From the NCBI GenBank assembly GCA_963664225.1, contig OY760937.1, positions 5,472,001-5,536,000 of the forward strand: 64,000 bases of DNA, given 5' to 3'. How positions within the stretch are numbered: position 1 is the first letter of the stretch; each line of letters opens with the position of its first letter. Source of the stretch: Verrucomicrobiia bacterium (lineage in GTDB: Bacteria > Verrucomicrobiota > Verrucomicrobiia > Limisphaerales > UBA1319). The notes below the pieces were generated by a model that was not told where the DNA came from, made no database searches, and was given only the letters and a program-made list of their open reading frames with translations. The position numbers were made by a program, and so were the translations under genes. Shown piece by piece: positions 31,334 to 40,876 of this stretch.

Positions 31334-31450
31334 GATGAAGATTCCAGGGAATCCGCCATTCGTCCGGACATGACAAATGGTTTGACTGTCGGAGCGTCGG
31401 CATGTTCGATGCGAGTATAACAGACAGCGCACCAACGCAATTAATTCATT

Positions 31451-32524
31451 ATGAACCAGGCGCAACCGATCCGCATCATTAACAGCGTGGCTCCCATTCG
31501 CATTTGCGACAACGGGGGTTGGACGGATACCTGGTTTGCCGGCCACGGCAAGATTTTTAACCTGGGCGTTTATCCCTATGCAGAGGTGCAGATTGAGGTG
31601 GTTCCATCGCATGGCCAAAAGGAGCGGATCACGATTCACGCTGAAAATTACGGCCAACGCTACACGCGGAATCCAGAAAAAAACGGATGGGATCGGCATC
31701 CCCTTTTGGAGGCAGCGATCGATTACATGAAGGTGCCGAAAAGCCTGGCATTTCAAGTGACGATTTATTCGGAGGCTCCGGCTGGCGCGGGGACCGGCAC
31801 ATCAGCGGCAGTCACGGTGGCATTAATCGGCGCGCTCGATCGGCTGACCCCGGGACGGCTGACACCCCATGAAGTCGCCTATGCAGCCCAATCGGTCGAG
31901 GTCGATTTGCTGCACCAACAATGCGGGATTCAAGACCAGCTCTGCTGCGCCTATGGGGGAATCAACTATATCGAAATGCATCGTTATCCCCACGCGTCTG
32001 TGTCGCCCATTCAGGTGCCCAACGCCACTTGGTGGGAATTGGAACGGCGGCTTTCGCTGATCTATTTAGGCAAATCGCACAATTCCTCCGATGTGCATCG
32101 AAAGGTTATTCGCGATCTTGAGAATAGCGGACCGGATTGTCCCAAGATCAATGCCTTGCGCGAGACAGCGGAAAAATCGCGGGACGCATTGTATGCCGGA
32201 GATTTTCAGGCAATGGGAAGGGCGATGGTTGAGAATAACGAGGCACAGGGCAATCTACACTCTGAACTCGTAAGCCCTCAAGCCCATCGGGTCATTGAGA
32301 TCGCCCGTGCCCATGGGGCCATTGGCTGGAAGGTCAATGGTGCCGGTGGTGATGGAGGATCGCTGACGCTGCTCAATGGGCCTCGATCCGATACCAAAAG
32401 GCGGCTGATCAAAGAGGTCGAAGGTGAAAATTCGCTTTTTCAGAATATTCCAGTTTATCTGAGTCGTCATGGATTGAGAACATGGGAAACCTCTTTGGAG
32501 GCCAACGGATCCCGTCCATTCTAA
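31451..32524 (+). CDS. GHMP kinase, HddA-like (heptose-7-phosphate kinase family)
   Basis: APIRICDNGGWTD, PAGAGTGTSAA, GIQDQ, KVNGAGGDGG. Confidence 0.85.
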   Translation: MNQAQPIRIINSVAPIRICDNGGWTDTWFAGHGKIFNLGVYPYAEVQIEVVPSHGQKERITIHAENYGQRYTRNPEKNGWDRHPLLEAAIDYMKVPKSLAFQVTIYSEAPAGAGTGTSAAVTVALIGALDRLTPGRLTPHEVAYAAQSVEVDLLHQQCGIQDQLCCAYGGINYIEMHRYPHASVSPIQVPNATWWELERRLSLIYLGKSHNSSDVHRKVIRDLENSGPDCPKINALRETAEKSRDALYAGDFQAMGRAMVENNEAQGNLHSELVSPQAHRVIEIARAHGAIGWKVNGAGGDGGSLTLLNGPRSDTKRRLIKEVEGENSLFQNIPVYLSRHGLRTWETSLEANGSRPF

Positions 32525-32563
32525 ATTCGCCAAAGCCGACGAGGGCAGATGGTCAGGCGCTTA

Positions 32564-33805
32564 TCAGGTGGCCAATGGGCGACAAAGACGGAATTTCCCG
32601 GAGGGTTCGCATGAAATGACATCAGATGCCCGCAATTCTACCCCTCGTGGAGCGTCCAATAAGGACTCGAGTCGGTCCTTAAATTGAGCAAGCGCTTCCT
32701 CGGCAGGCGGAATATCCAACGCGGAATAGGTCCAAACGTAGGATCGGGCGCCTGTTTGGTGCAATTGATAGTGGAGAATGCCATCGACAGCGGTCAGACA
32801 TTCATCGGCTTGGCGGACGGTGATGCGGTGTCTATGAGTGTCTTGAAGCGCATCCCTGAGGCGTCCGTGCAGTTCGTACCGGCTTTCATTTGCCACAATT
32901 GTTCTTCGGGCCAGATCCCCAATATCATAGCGGATCAACGGCATGAAATCGTTGGTCAGAGTGGTAACAACGAGCCGTCCGACTCCCTGATTTCCCGGGG
33001 TGAGTATTTCAAGGTAGGCCGTCGCATGACTGGGGGCCATAAGTCCCGGCTCCAATTCCATGAGAAGGTGACCTGTCTCGGTGGAACCGTAGAGATCGAA
33101 GACAGGAACCTTAAAGATGTTCTCAAGCATGCGACGGTGAACGACGCTTAAATACTCATAGCTGCTCAGGACAAATTTCACGCTCGGCAGTTGGATTCCA
33201 TGTCGCTGGCAATAGCGGGCAAACAGCACACCGTAGACCGGATCGACGTCCAGAAAACCCGGTTGCCATTCCACCACTTCGCGGACCATTCGTTCCAGGG
33301 CCGCTTCGCTCCACAAAAACGGATGACGGGACAGATTGACAAAGAGAGCACCGCCCAGAGTTCTATCCTCGCGAGTGGGAGTACCCGTGTAACATATTTC
33401 GCTGCTGCACATGGGGGAAACGATGGTTACACGGCGGGCACCAGGGGTCAGCGCACGATCCACCCACGGGTTTAGGCGAAGGGCCTTTTGCTCCTGTTCG
33501 TTCCACCAGCCGCGGCCCAAAAGCAGGGGTGTGGCATCTTCGGAAGTTCCTGAGGTGCGCTCCAATTCGACGAGTTCGCGGTCGATTAGATCCTGGAGAT
33601 CCATGTCGCCGCGCAAGAAATTTCGTGGGAATTCCCGACGAATATCCTGTTTGGTGATGAGGGGCAGAGATTGAAAGCACTCCGCAAAACTTACTTCCTC
33701 ACCACGACAGCGCCGACCCTTGGTCAGCTTTTGATAAAGCGGAACTTCTTCAAGCCAGCGGGGGACCTGCTCGGCAACGCGGTTTAATGGGATCGAATCA
33801 ATCAT
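32564..33805 (-). CDS. Phenylacetate-CoA ligase family (PaaK/CapK-like) adenylate-forming enzyme
   Basis: TSGTS, YGSTETG, MPLIRYDIGD, SGKFR. Confidence 0.85.
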   Translation of the reverse strand: MIDSIPLNRVAEQVPRWLEEVPLYQKLTKGRRCRGEEVSFAECFQSLPLITKQDIRREFPRNFLRGDMDLQDLIDRELVELERTSGTSEDATPLLLGRGWWNEQEQKALRLNPWVDRALTPGARRVTIVSPMCSSEICYTGTPTREDRTLGGALFVNLSRHPFLWSEAALERMVREVVEWQPGFLDVDPVYGVLFARYCQRHGIQLPSVKFVLSSYEYLSVVHRRMLENIFKVPVFDLYGSTETGHLLMELEPGLMAPSHATAYLEILTPGNQGVGRLVVTTLTNDFMPLIRYDIGDLARRTIVANESRYELHGRLRDALQDTHRHRITVRQADECLTAVDGILHYQLHQTGARSYVWTYSALDIPPAEEALAQFKDRLESLLDAPRGVELRASDVISCEPSGKFRLCRPLAT

Positions 33806-33867
33806 GCGACAAATGGTGCCCCGATAATGTCCCGGTTTTCTGCGAGAACCTGCACTCGGGCAAAATT

Positions 33868-34317
33868 TCAGGCGATTCCGCCAAATGAGACGTAGTCGTC
33901 CAAGTCCAACATTTCGAACCAAGTGGAGACATCTTCGCGTTTGGAACCAATCTTGAGGAGCACTTCCTGGAAAAACTCCCGAGATTCACAATCTGCGGGC
34001 GCCCGGTGTTCCTGAAACGAAGACCAGGTAGCAACTTGCCACGGAGCAGGTTTGTTTTTCGAATTGGCGGTAATCCATTCCAGAATTTCCCCATCGCCTT
34101 TTCCTGCGGCCAGTTGTTCCTTCAGGGCCGCGGGATCGATCCCGGCAAAGGCCAGGAATTGCTGATCCATGGGGCACGCGTAATTGTATTCGCCATTCTT
34201 TCCAGCGATAACCGCCCTGCCTTTATCCAAGACCCGGGGCAGAATTACAAATCCCCCCAAACGCACCCTTGGGCTGCGAGGAGGCTGCTTGGTCAAATCA
34301 AGAGCCACAAATGCCAT
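33868..34317 (-). CDS. DUF5069-like protein
   Basis: DL...PRSP...LPRVLDKGRA...GEY...CPMD...LDD pattern. Confidence 0.7.
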   Translation of the reverse strand: MAFVALDLTKQPPRSPRVRLGGFVILPRVLDKGRAVIAGKNGEYNYACPMDQQFLAFAGIDPAALKEQLAAGKGDGEILEWITANSKNKPAPWQVATWSSFQEHRAPADCESREFFQEVLLKIGSKREDVSTWFEMLDLDDYVSFGGIA

Positions 34318-34833
34318 ATCCAGACCTTTTATTTCCAATTGTTATTAACCGATGACAATATTGGGTCGGCCAAGCCGACGTTGCCACCCGTAAAATGCAT
34401 CGTTTATCAAGGAAATCAAGCGCACCGTGATTTACGGTTAACGCTGGGATTCAAGTTTTGAGTGCCCAACATGCCTGGCGACGGTTGAAAATCTGGCGGA
34501 AAATTTCTCAAGAAACTGCGGGTTCCAAGGGTTTAATCGGCCCATATGACGGATCCGGCGTTCTCAAATGGTTATTATTGTTGGCTTTTACTCTCCGGTT
34601 TAGATGCCACGTCCGGCAATAATTTGAATCTGGGGACGCGGTCATGAGTCAAAAGGAAGTGAACGACCTCAAGATTCTCAACCGCTTAGGCGGAGCGGAG
34701 CGCCCAAGGCAGGGGCTGACGTTGAATTGAAAAGCCGACCGGTCGGAAACCGATGCGGCGGGGTGGTTTGAATTTCGATGAATTTATAATGCGTGAGCTT
34801 GCCGTGAGACGGGCTTTCGCATAATTATTACGC

Positions 34834-36999
34834 ATGGCAATCAGGTTCGATGTGCTGCGCCATATCTATTTGGTGATATTGTTGCTGGGGTTAAGCGCCT
34901 GCCAGCATGATACAGTCCCATCGAAAACGACCACGACCACAGGCCGCACAGATAATCCTTCCAGCGCGAGCAAGGCGGCTCTTAAAAAGGCTCACGCAGC
35001 GCAGATGGCCAAAGATGCGAAATCCGCCAAGGCGGCCAGAGAAGCGAAGGCGGCCAAAGAAACCGAACTGGCCAGGCAAGCCAAACTTAAGTCCACAACG
35101 GAAGCGAATGCCAAGAAGGCGGCGGATAATGCTGCTGTGAAGAAGGATAACGGCAAATCGTCCATTGCGGGCAGCAAGGTGCCTGTGAGCCCGGATTATG
35201 ACGAGGAATTACGCGCGATCATCGATCTGGCGCGACGCAATAAATGGGAGGAAGCGGAGTCCCGTGCTTCGGCGTTGTATGCGTTGGATCCCAAGGACGT
35301 CTCTGTGCAACGTGTTTATAGCTGGGTGAAGACGGAGGGTCCCAAACGCCGCGAGAAAGCGCTTGAGGATAAAATCCGGAACGTGTCGTCAAAAGAAACC
35401 CGGTTCAATCCAACGCTGGAAAGCATTCTATTGGATAAAAAGAGCAAGGGTTTGCCGCCACGGGGTGATTTGCGGGCGGCGATCGAGCAGATCAAGGCCA
35501 CGCCCTATATTCCTGAAACGTTTGGGAAGACGGTACCCTGGAAAGGGGACATGGAGGATTTCAGCAATAACAAGGGGAAGATGTCCAATCTGCTGAACAA
35601 GGAAATCGAAGTGCATCTGGAGAATGTGACCCTGGAGAACATCATTTTCAACGTAGGCCAGACTGAGGGGATTAACTTTATCGCGGACAAGTCGATTCCC
35701 GCGTTTCAGCAAAAACTCAGCGTGAACATGAAGAACGTGAAACTCTCGGAGTTTCTAAAGTATGTGTCGCGAAATCTTGGTGTGCAGTTTCAGGTGGGCG
35801 GGGATATGATCTGGATCGTGGATGGCAAGGATACGAACAAGGTGCAGCAGGAAACGCGTTTCTATCATTTGCGCAAGGGATTCGTGCTGCCCGCGCAGTT
35901 TGGGTTGTCGGATGCCACAAAAACGACGACTGTGGTGAATAATGTCACCACGGTTTCTGAAGTGCAAAATTTCGAGAATTTCGTGCGTGACGGTGCGTCA
36001 CAAGAACCGTCGATCACGGTGGCCATCCGCAACTTTTGCGAGGGGCTGACTTATTATGTCGATTACGAAAGAAACCTCATTGTGGCCAGCGGCACAGAAG
36101 AGCAGCTAGACGGACTGGAGAAGGTTATCGAGGAGTTCGACAGGCCGGTGCAGCAGGTGCTGATCGAAGCCAGGTTCATCACGGTGACGGAGGGCACGTT
36201 TTTGGAGTTGGGCGCGGCGTGGGAGTCCGGCCGCAGCGCGGTTAGCGCGGCTCGAACGCCAACGGATTACACCGGGTTGGGCACGGGAGCGGGGCTGGGA
36301 TTGGAGGAAACATGGACTGGAGAAGAAATGGTGGGCACCAATAACTGGTTAAGCGTCATGAACGGGAAGAGCCTGACGGCCACACTGACCGCGATCGACC
36401 AAAGCGGTGAAAGCGAGGTGTTAAGCGCGCCCCGCGTGACTGTGATCAACAATTTGCCAGCAACCATCAGCGATGGGAAAATCCAGTATTATTACGAGGA
36501 ATACAAGGTGAGCCAGACTTTTACAGAACAGCGCTCAGCTTCAACTCTTGTTCCTTCAGGCCCACCCACCCAGGTCAATTCCGGGGTTTCGCTTAATGTT
36601 CTGGCCAGTATCGGCGGCGATGGAAAGAGCATCATGCTCGCCCTCAATCCTGAGGTAAATCAGGACGTTCAGATGGTCACGTTTGCGACCGTGAGCGACA
36701 AAAACAGCCAGGGACAAATCTCAAGCACCTTTGACATCAAATTGCCGCAGATGGGCAAGCAAAGTCTGGCCACCCGCGTTATGATCAAATCAGGGCAGAC
36801 GGTGGCCATGGGTGGCGTTCTTCAACGGGAGCAAAAAACTTTTGTGGAGGCAATGCCCATCCTTGGAAATATTCCAATTTTAGGCGCTGCTTTTCGCCGA
36901 CGAACGGAGGTTGATCGTCCCCGGTATTTGCTGGTGTTTGTCACGGCCACCCTTTTGTCAGAGAATGGTGAATTCATTATCAGTTCTGATGCCGAATAA
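34834..36999 (+). CDS. Lipoprotein secretin (GspD/PilQ family), copy 1
   Basis: Lipobox LSAC; QVLIEARFITV, LSAPRVTVINN, GQTVAMGG, PILGNIPILGAAFR. Confidence 0.9.
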   Translation: MAIRFDVLRHIYLVILLLGLSACQHDTVPSKTTTTTGRTDNPSSASKAALKKAHAAQMAKDAKSAKAAREAKAAKETELARQAKLKSTTEANAKKAADNAAVKKDNGKSSIAGSKVPVSPDYDEELRAIIDLARRNKWEEAESRASALYALDPKDVSVQRVYSWVKTEGPKRREKALEDKIRNVSSKETRFNPTLESILLDKKSKGLPPRGDLRAAIEQIKATPYIPETFGKTVPWKGDMEDFSNNKGKMSNLLNKEIEVHLENVTLENIIFNVGQTEGINFIADKSIPAFQQKLSVNMKNVKLSEFLKYVSRNLGVQFQVGGDMIWIVDGKDTNKVQQETRFYHLRKGFVLPAQFGLSDATKTTTVVNNVTTVSEVQNFENFVRDGASQEPSITVAIRNFCEGLTYYVDYERNLIVASGTEEQLDGLEKVIEEFDRPVQQVLIEARFITVTEGTFLELGAAWESGRSAVSAARTPTDYTGLGTGAGLGLEETWTGEEMVGTNNWLSVMNGKSLTATLTAIDQSGESEVLSAPRVTVINNLPATISDGKIQYYYEEYKVSQTFTEQRSASTLVPSGPPTQVNSGVSLNVLASIGGDGKSIMLALNPEVNQDVQMVTFATVSDKNSQGQISSTFDIKLPQMGKQSLATRVMIKSGQTVAMGGVLQREQKTFVEAMPILGNIPILGAAFRRRTEVDRPRYLLVFVTATLLSENGEFIISSDAE

Positions 37000-39094
37000 A
37001 ACTTTAAATACCATGGCAGGTTTGCCGAGGTTGTTGTGTCGGCTGGCATTCCTTCTTTTTTTGGCGGGAGTGGTGTCCTGCCAGCACGAGTCGGCGCCCT
37101 CCGGCCGGCCTGGGGTCGCAACGAGCGCGGGAAATCCCCGTCAGTCTCCGCAGGCCAGTCCGTATCAGGCGAAAAAGGCCACCGCCGCGAAAGCCCCCCC
37201 GCGTGGTGATTCGGGAGTTGAGGATGCCGCTGTTGATTCTGCCGGTGCGCCGATGGCAAAACAATCCAGCACAAATAAGGTGGTCCGAAGCAAATCGTCC
37301 GGAAGCTCTGCGGTGAGTTCTGAATACGATGCTGAATTGCGCAGCATCATCGATCTGGCCCGGCGAAACAAATGGGAGGAAGCAGAGTCTCGGATTTCTG
37401 CGTTGTATGCCGCCGATCCAAGGGACAGTTCCGTGGAGCGTGTCTATAATTGGGTCAAGACGGAAGGCCCCAAACGCCGCGAGAAAACGCTTGAGGACAA
37501 GATTAGGAATGTCAATGCCAAGGATTCGCGGTTTAATCCGACCTTGTGGAGCGTGTTGAGCGAGAGCAAGAACAAGGGATTGCCGCCACGCAGCGATCTC
37601 AGGGAGGCCATCGAAAACATCAAAGCCACGCCCTACATACCCGAGGCCTTCGGCAAAACAATTCAAGCCAAAGGACCCGCGGAGGATTCGACTGTGGAGA
37701 AGGGGAAGATGATGGCGATATTAGACAAGGAGATCGAGGTTCATCTGGATAATGTGACTTTGGAAAACATTGTGTTCAACGTAGGCCAGTCTGAAGGCAT
37801 CAACTTTATTGCGGACAAGTCGATTCCCGCATTTCAGCAGAAGCTCAGTGTGAACATGAAGAATGTGAAGCTTTCAGAGTTTCTGAATTATGTGTCCCGC
37901 AACATGGGAGTGCAATTTCAAGTAGGCGGGGATTTGATCTGGATTGTGGATGGCAAGGACACGAACAAAGTGCAATTGGAAACGCGGTTTTATCGGTTGC
38001 GCAAGGGATTGGTCCTGCCGGCTCAATTTGGCATATCCGACGCGACAAAAACCACGGTGACGGCGAACAATGTCAAGACCACGACTGAGGTGCAGAAATA
38101 TGAGAACTTCGTAAGGGATGGCGCTGCGAAAGAGCCTTCGATCGAGAACGCCATCCGCATGTTTTGCGGAGGTTTGAAGTATCAGATCGATTTTGAGCGC
38201 AACGTCATCGCGGCCCGAGGGACTCAACAGCAGTTGGAAGTTTTGGAGAAGATCATCAAGGAATTTGACAAGCCGATCCAACAGGTGCTGATCGAGGCTC
38301 GTTTCATCACGGTTGAAGAGCCGATGTTTTTGCAATTGGGTGTGGCTTGGGAGACGGGGCGAAACAGCGCGAATACTTCGCGCACGGCAAAGGATTACAC
38401 GGGTTTGGCTGAAAATGTTGGTCTTGGCTATCAGGAATCGTGGTATGGCGTGCTGGGCCGGGCATCGTTGAGCGCGACGCTGTCCGCCATCGATCAGAGC
38501 GGTGAAAGCGAGGTGTTGAGCGCACCAAGGGTGACTTTGATAAACAATTTGCCGGCGACCATCAGTGATGGAAAGATCCAGTATTTCTACGAGCAATACA
38601 CTGTCACGCAGCAAATTCTGGCAAATCGTTCGGTTTCCTCCCTGGTGCCCCAAGGCAAGCCCGCGAAGCTGACCTCCGGGGTGACGCTGGATGTGCTGGC
38701 GAGTGTGGGGGGGGACGGACGGAGCGTGATGCTGGCTCTGCGGCCCAAGGTGGCGCAGGATGTCAAATTGATCACCTTTGCGACAATAACGGACCGGGAT
38801 GACAGTGGAAATATTTCGAGCAGTTTCGACATCAAACTTCCGGAGAAGAGTGAGCAATCCCTCGCAACCCGCGTGGTGGTCAAGTCCGGTCAAACGGTTG
38901 TCATGGGAGGCGTGTCACAGCGGGAGCAGAGGACTTTCGTGGAATCGGTTCCTGTATTGGGCAATATTCCAATTCTGGGGGCGGCCTTTCGACGGAGGAC
39001 TGAAATTGATAATCCGCGGTATCTTCTGATATTTGTGACCGCCACTCTTCTGTCGGAAAATGGGGAATACATGGTGAGCGCCGATGCTGAGTAA
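36989..39094 (+). CDS. Lipoprotein secretin (GspD/PilQ family), copy 2
   Basis: Lipobox VVSC; same secretin motifs; start at 36989 (overlapping) or 37013. Confidence 0.9.
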   Translation: MPNKTLNTMAGLPRLLCRLAFLLFLAGVVSCQHESAPSGRPGVATSAGNPRQSPQASPYQAKKATAAKAPPRGDSGVEDAAVDSAGAPMAKQSSTNKVVRSKSSGSSAVSSEYDAELRSIIDLARRNKWEEAESRISALYAADPRDSSVERVYNWVKTEGPKRREKTLEDKIRNVNAKDSRFNPTLWSVLSESKNKGLPPRSDLREAIENIKATPYIPEAFGKTIQAKGPAEDSTVEKGKMMAILDKEIEVHLDNVTLENIVFNVGQSEGINFIADKSIPAFQQKLSVNMKNVKLSEFLNYVSRNMGVQFQVGGDLIWIVDGKDTNKVQLETRFYRLRKGLVLPAQFGISDATKTTVTANNVKTTTEVQKYENFVRDGAAKEPSIENAIRMFCGGLKYQIDFERNVIAARGTQQQLEVLEKIIKEFDKPIQQVLIEARFITVEEPMFLQLGVAWETGRNSANTSRTAKDYTGLAENVGLGYQESWYGVLGRASLSATLSAIDQSGESEVLSAPRVTLINNLPATISDGKIQYFYEQYTVTQQILANRSVSSLVPQGKPAKLTSGVTLDVLASVGGDGRSVMLALRPKVAQDVKLITFATITDRDDSGNISSSFDIKLPEKSEQSLATRVVVKSGQTVVMGGVSQREQRTFVESVPVLGNIPILGAAFRRRTEIDNPRYLLIFVTATLLSENGEYMVSADAE

Positions 39095-40868
39095 ATTCCA
39101 GATGCCAATCAAAACGATTATCCGGCAGCAAGTTTCCGACCTGTTGAACCGGCGTGTTATCGCGGTGGATTTGGGCAGCAGTCGGATCAAGGTGGTGCTG
39201 GCAGAGAAATCGAAGCTGGGGATTTGCTTTCTGGAATATCGCTTGATCGATTTGCAGGCCGAGGGGTTGCTGTCGCTGGAAGAAATCAACAAGCACATCC
39301 AGGAGGTGGTCGATGATCTGGGCAACATGCCTGTGGCGCTGGCCCTTCCTCAGCACCTCACCCAGTCGCATTTGATCGAGCTGCCCAACGCAAGTTCCGA
39401 CGAGATAAAGGAAATGGTTGCACGCGAAACCATCAGCTTAAGCGGCCTCTCCGACAGCGCGATTGTCTATGATTATCACGCGCTGGAACCCTGGGGCCGC
39501 CATCGTAACTCCTTCTGGGTCACCATAGCGAGGGAGCAGGAAATTAATGGGCAATTGAACCGGCTTTTGACGGCGAACGTCGAACGCAGCTATGTGGAGG
39601 TGACCTCAGCGGCCAACTCATTGATTGTGGCCTATCTGTCGGAGCATCATCCCGAGGGCCGGGTGGTGCTCGCGGACATTGGAGCGACGAGCACCGTGGT
39701 GGCCGTGATTGAGGCGGGGCAGGGGGTTTTCGCAACCAGTTTTCCGGTGGGAGGCGAGTCCTTTACCAACGCCATTTCCGCTTTGAGCAAGGGATCATTT
39801 GAGGAAGCGGAGATGATTAAGCGGACGCGAGATATATTCGCGGGGAAAGACCGCTTGAGCGGATTTCATCCCGTGGTGGATTTCTGGCAGCAGGAGTTGG
39901 AAAAGATCATCGGTGAGTGGCTTGAAGATAATGTGGATATCCGTTTGGACAGGCGAAGTCTGGCTGTAGTGCTGGCAGGAGGTGCGGTGTATCAACCTGG
40001 CCTGGTCCCCTACCTGCGGAGCCGGTCGTCCTATGAATATGAATTGTGGCCCAGCGGGGCTGAGACCCCGGGAACGGATTTACCCGGGGGTTGTTTTGCC
40101 ATTGCCACCGGCCTGGCTTATCAAGCCCTGAGTGAGGATGTCTATGAATGTTCATTATTGCCTGGCTACTTAAGAAAAATAAGAAAGCGCCAGGGATATT
40201 TGATGAAGGCGAATTGGATTGCCTTGTGGCTGATCGCCTTTTTATTCGTTCTGCTTCTGGGTGGCAGCGCGTACAAGGGCTATTTGAAGCATCACAAAAC
40301 CGACATGGTCGGGAATACAGAGATCACCTACAAAAAAGCGCTCTCTGTCGAGGGACTCATCATCCAGAAGGAATTGGACTACGCGAAAATTCTTCCCCTG
40401 GTGGAAAAACAGAAGAGGACCCGGAACGCGTTGGAGACACTGCTTGTGTTGCAGCAGGTAAGGGAGCGCAGAGATCTTTGGTTTGTGCTGGTTGCCGATG
40501 CGGGCAGTTACGAAGACGGCGCAACGTGGCGCGTGGTGGATACCAATGCAATTGCCGATGTGGTCGTGCCGACCAATGTCGCGGTGCTCCCCGAAGGATT
40601 CGTCGCGGAGCTGTCGATATCGGATAAAGCGGCGGACAAATTGAAGGAGTTGGGAGGGCTGGTTGGGGAATTGAAAAAGGTGCCGCTCTTCAGTAATGTG
40701 GATGTGCTGGCGTCCAATCAGCGGAATACGAATATTCTGGACGCGAAAGTGGTTGCGCCTGACCGGTATTATTCGCTGGCGCTGGTTCTGGCAGAGCCTG
40801 AAGCCCCTGCGCCGATGCTACGATCAACTGTGAAAACAAACGCCGTTGGCGGCCAAAAAACCAAGTAG
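39084..40868 (+). CDS. PilM-like actin-fold domain fused to a TM segment and PilN-like periplasmic domain
   Basis: IAVDLGSSRIKVV, ADIGATST, GGESFT...EAEMIK, LAGGA, ATGLA, then LLP, TM helix and coiled coil. Confidence 0.75.
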   Translation: MLSKFQMPIKTIIRQQVSDLLNRRVIAVDLGSSRIKVVLAEKSKLGICFLEYRLIDLQAEGLLSLEEINKHIQEVVDDLGNMPVALALPQHLTQSHLIELPNASSDEIKEMVARETISLSGLSDSAIVYDYHALEPWGRHRNSFWVTIAREQEINGQLNRLLTANVERSYVEVTSAANSLIVAYLSEHHPEGRVVLADIGATSTVVAVIEAGQGVFATSFPVGGESFTNAISALSKGSFEEAEMIKRTRDIFAGKDRLSGFHPVVDFWQQELEKIIGEWLEDNVDIRLDRRSLAVVLAGGAVYQPGLVPYLRSRSSYEYELWPSGAETPGTDLPGGCFAIATGLAYQALSEDVYECSLLPGYLRKIRKRQGYLMKANWIALWLIAFLFVLLLGGSAYKGYLKHHKTDMVGNTEITYKKALSVEGLIIQKELDYAKILPLVEKQKRTRNALETLLVLQQVRERRDLWFVLVADAGSYEDGATWRVVDTNAIADVVVPTNVAVLPEGFVAELSISDKAADKLKELGGLVGELKKVPLFSNVDVLASNQRNTNILDAKVVAPDRYYSLALVLAEPEAPAPMLRSTVKTNAVGGQKTK

Positions 40869-40876
40869 GCTGACAC

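Noticed and set aside
34700..34770. c-di-GMP-I riboswitch before the secretin operon
   Set aside because: There is a superficial AAAGCC...GCGGGG likeness, but the GGCAAAC...GAAA...GACGC first stem is missing.
34834..39094. Diversity-generating retroelement or recent gene-conversion cassette explaining the secretin duplication
   Set aside because: No reverse transcriptase is present, and the differences are spread over synonymous sites rather than adenine-specific.
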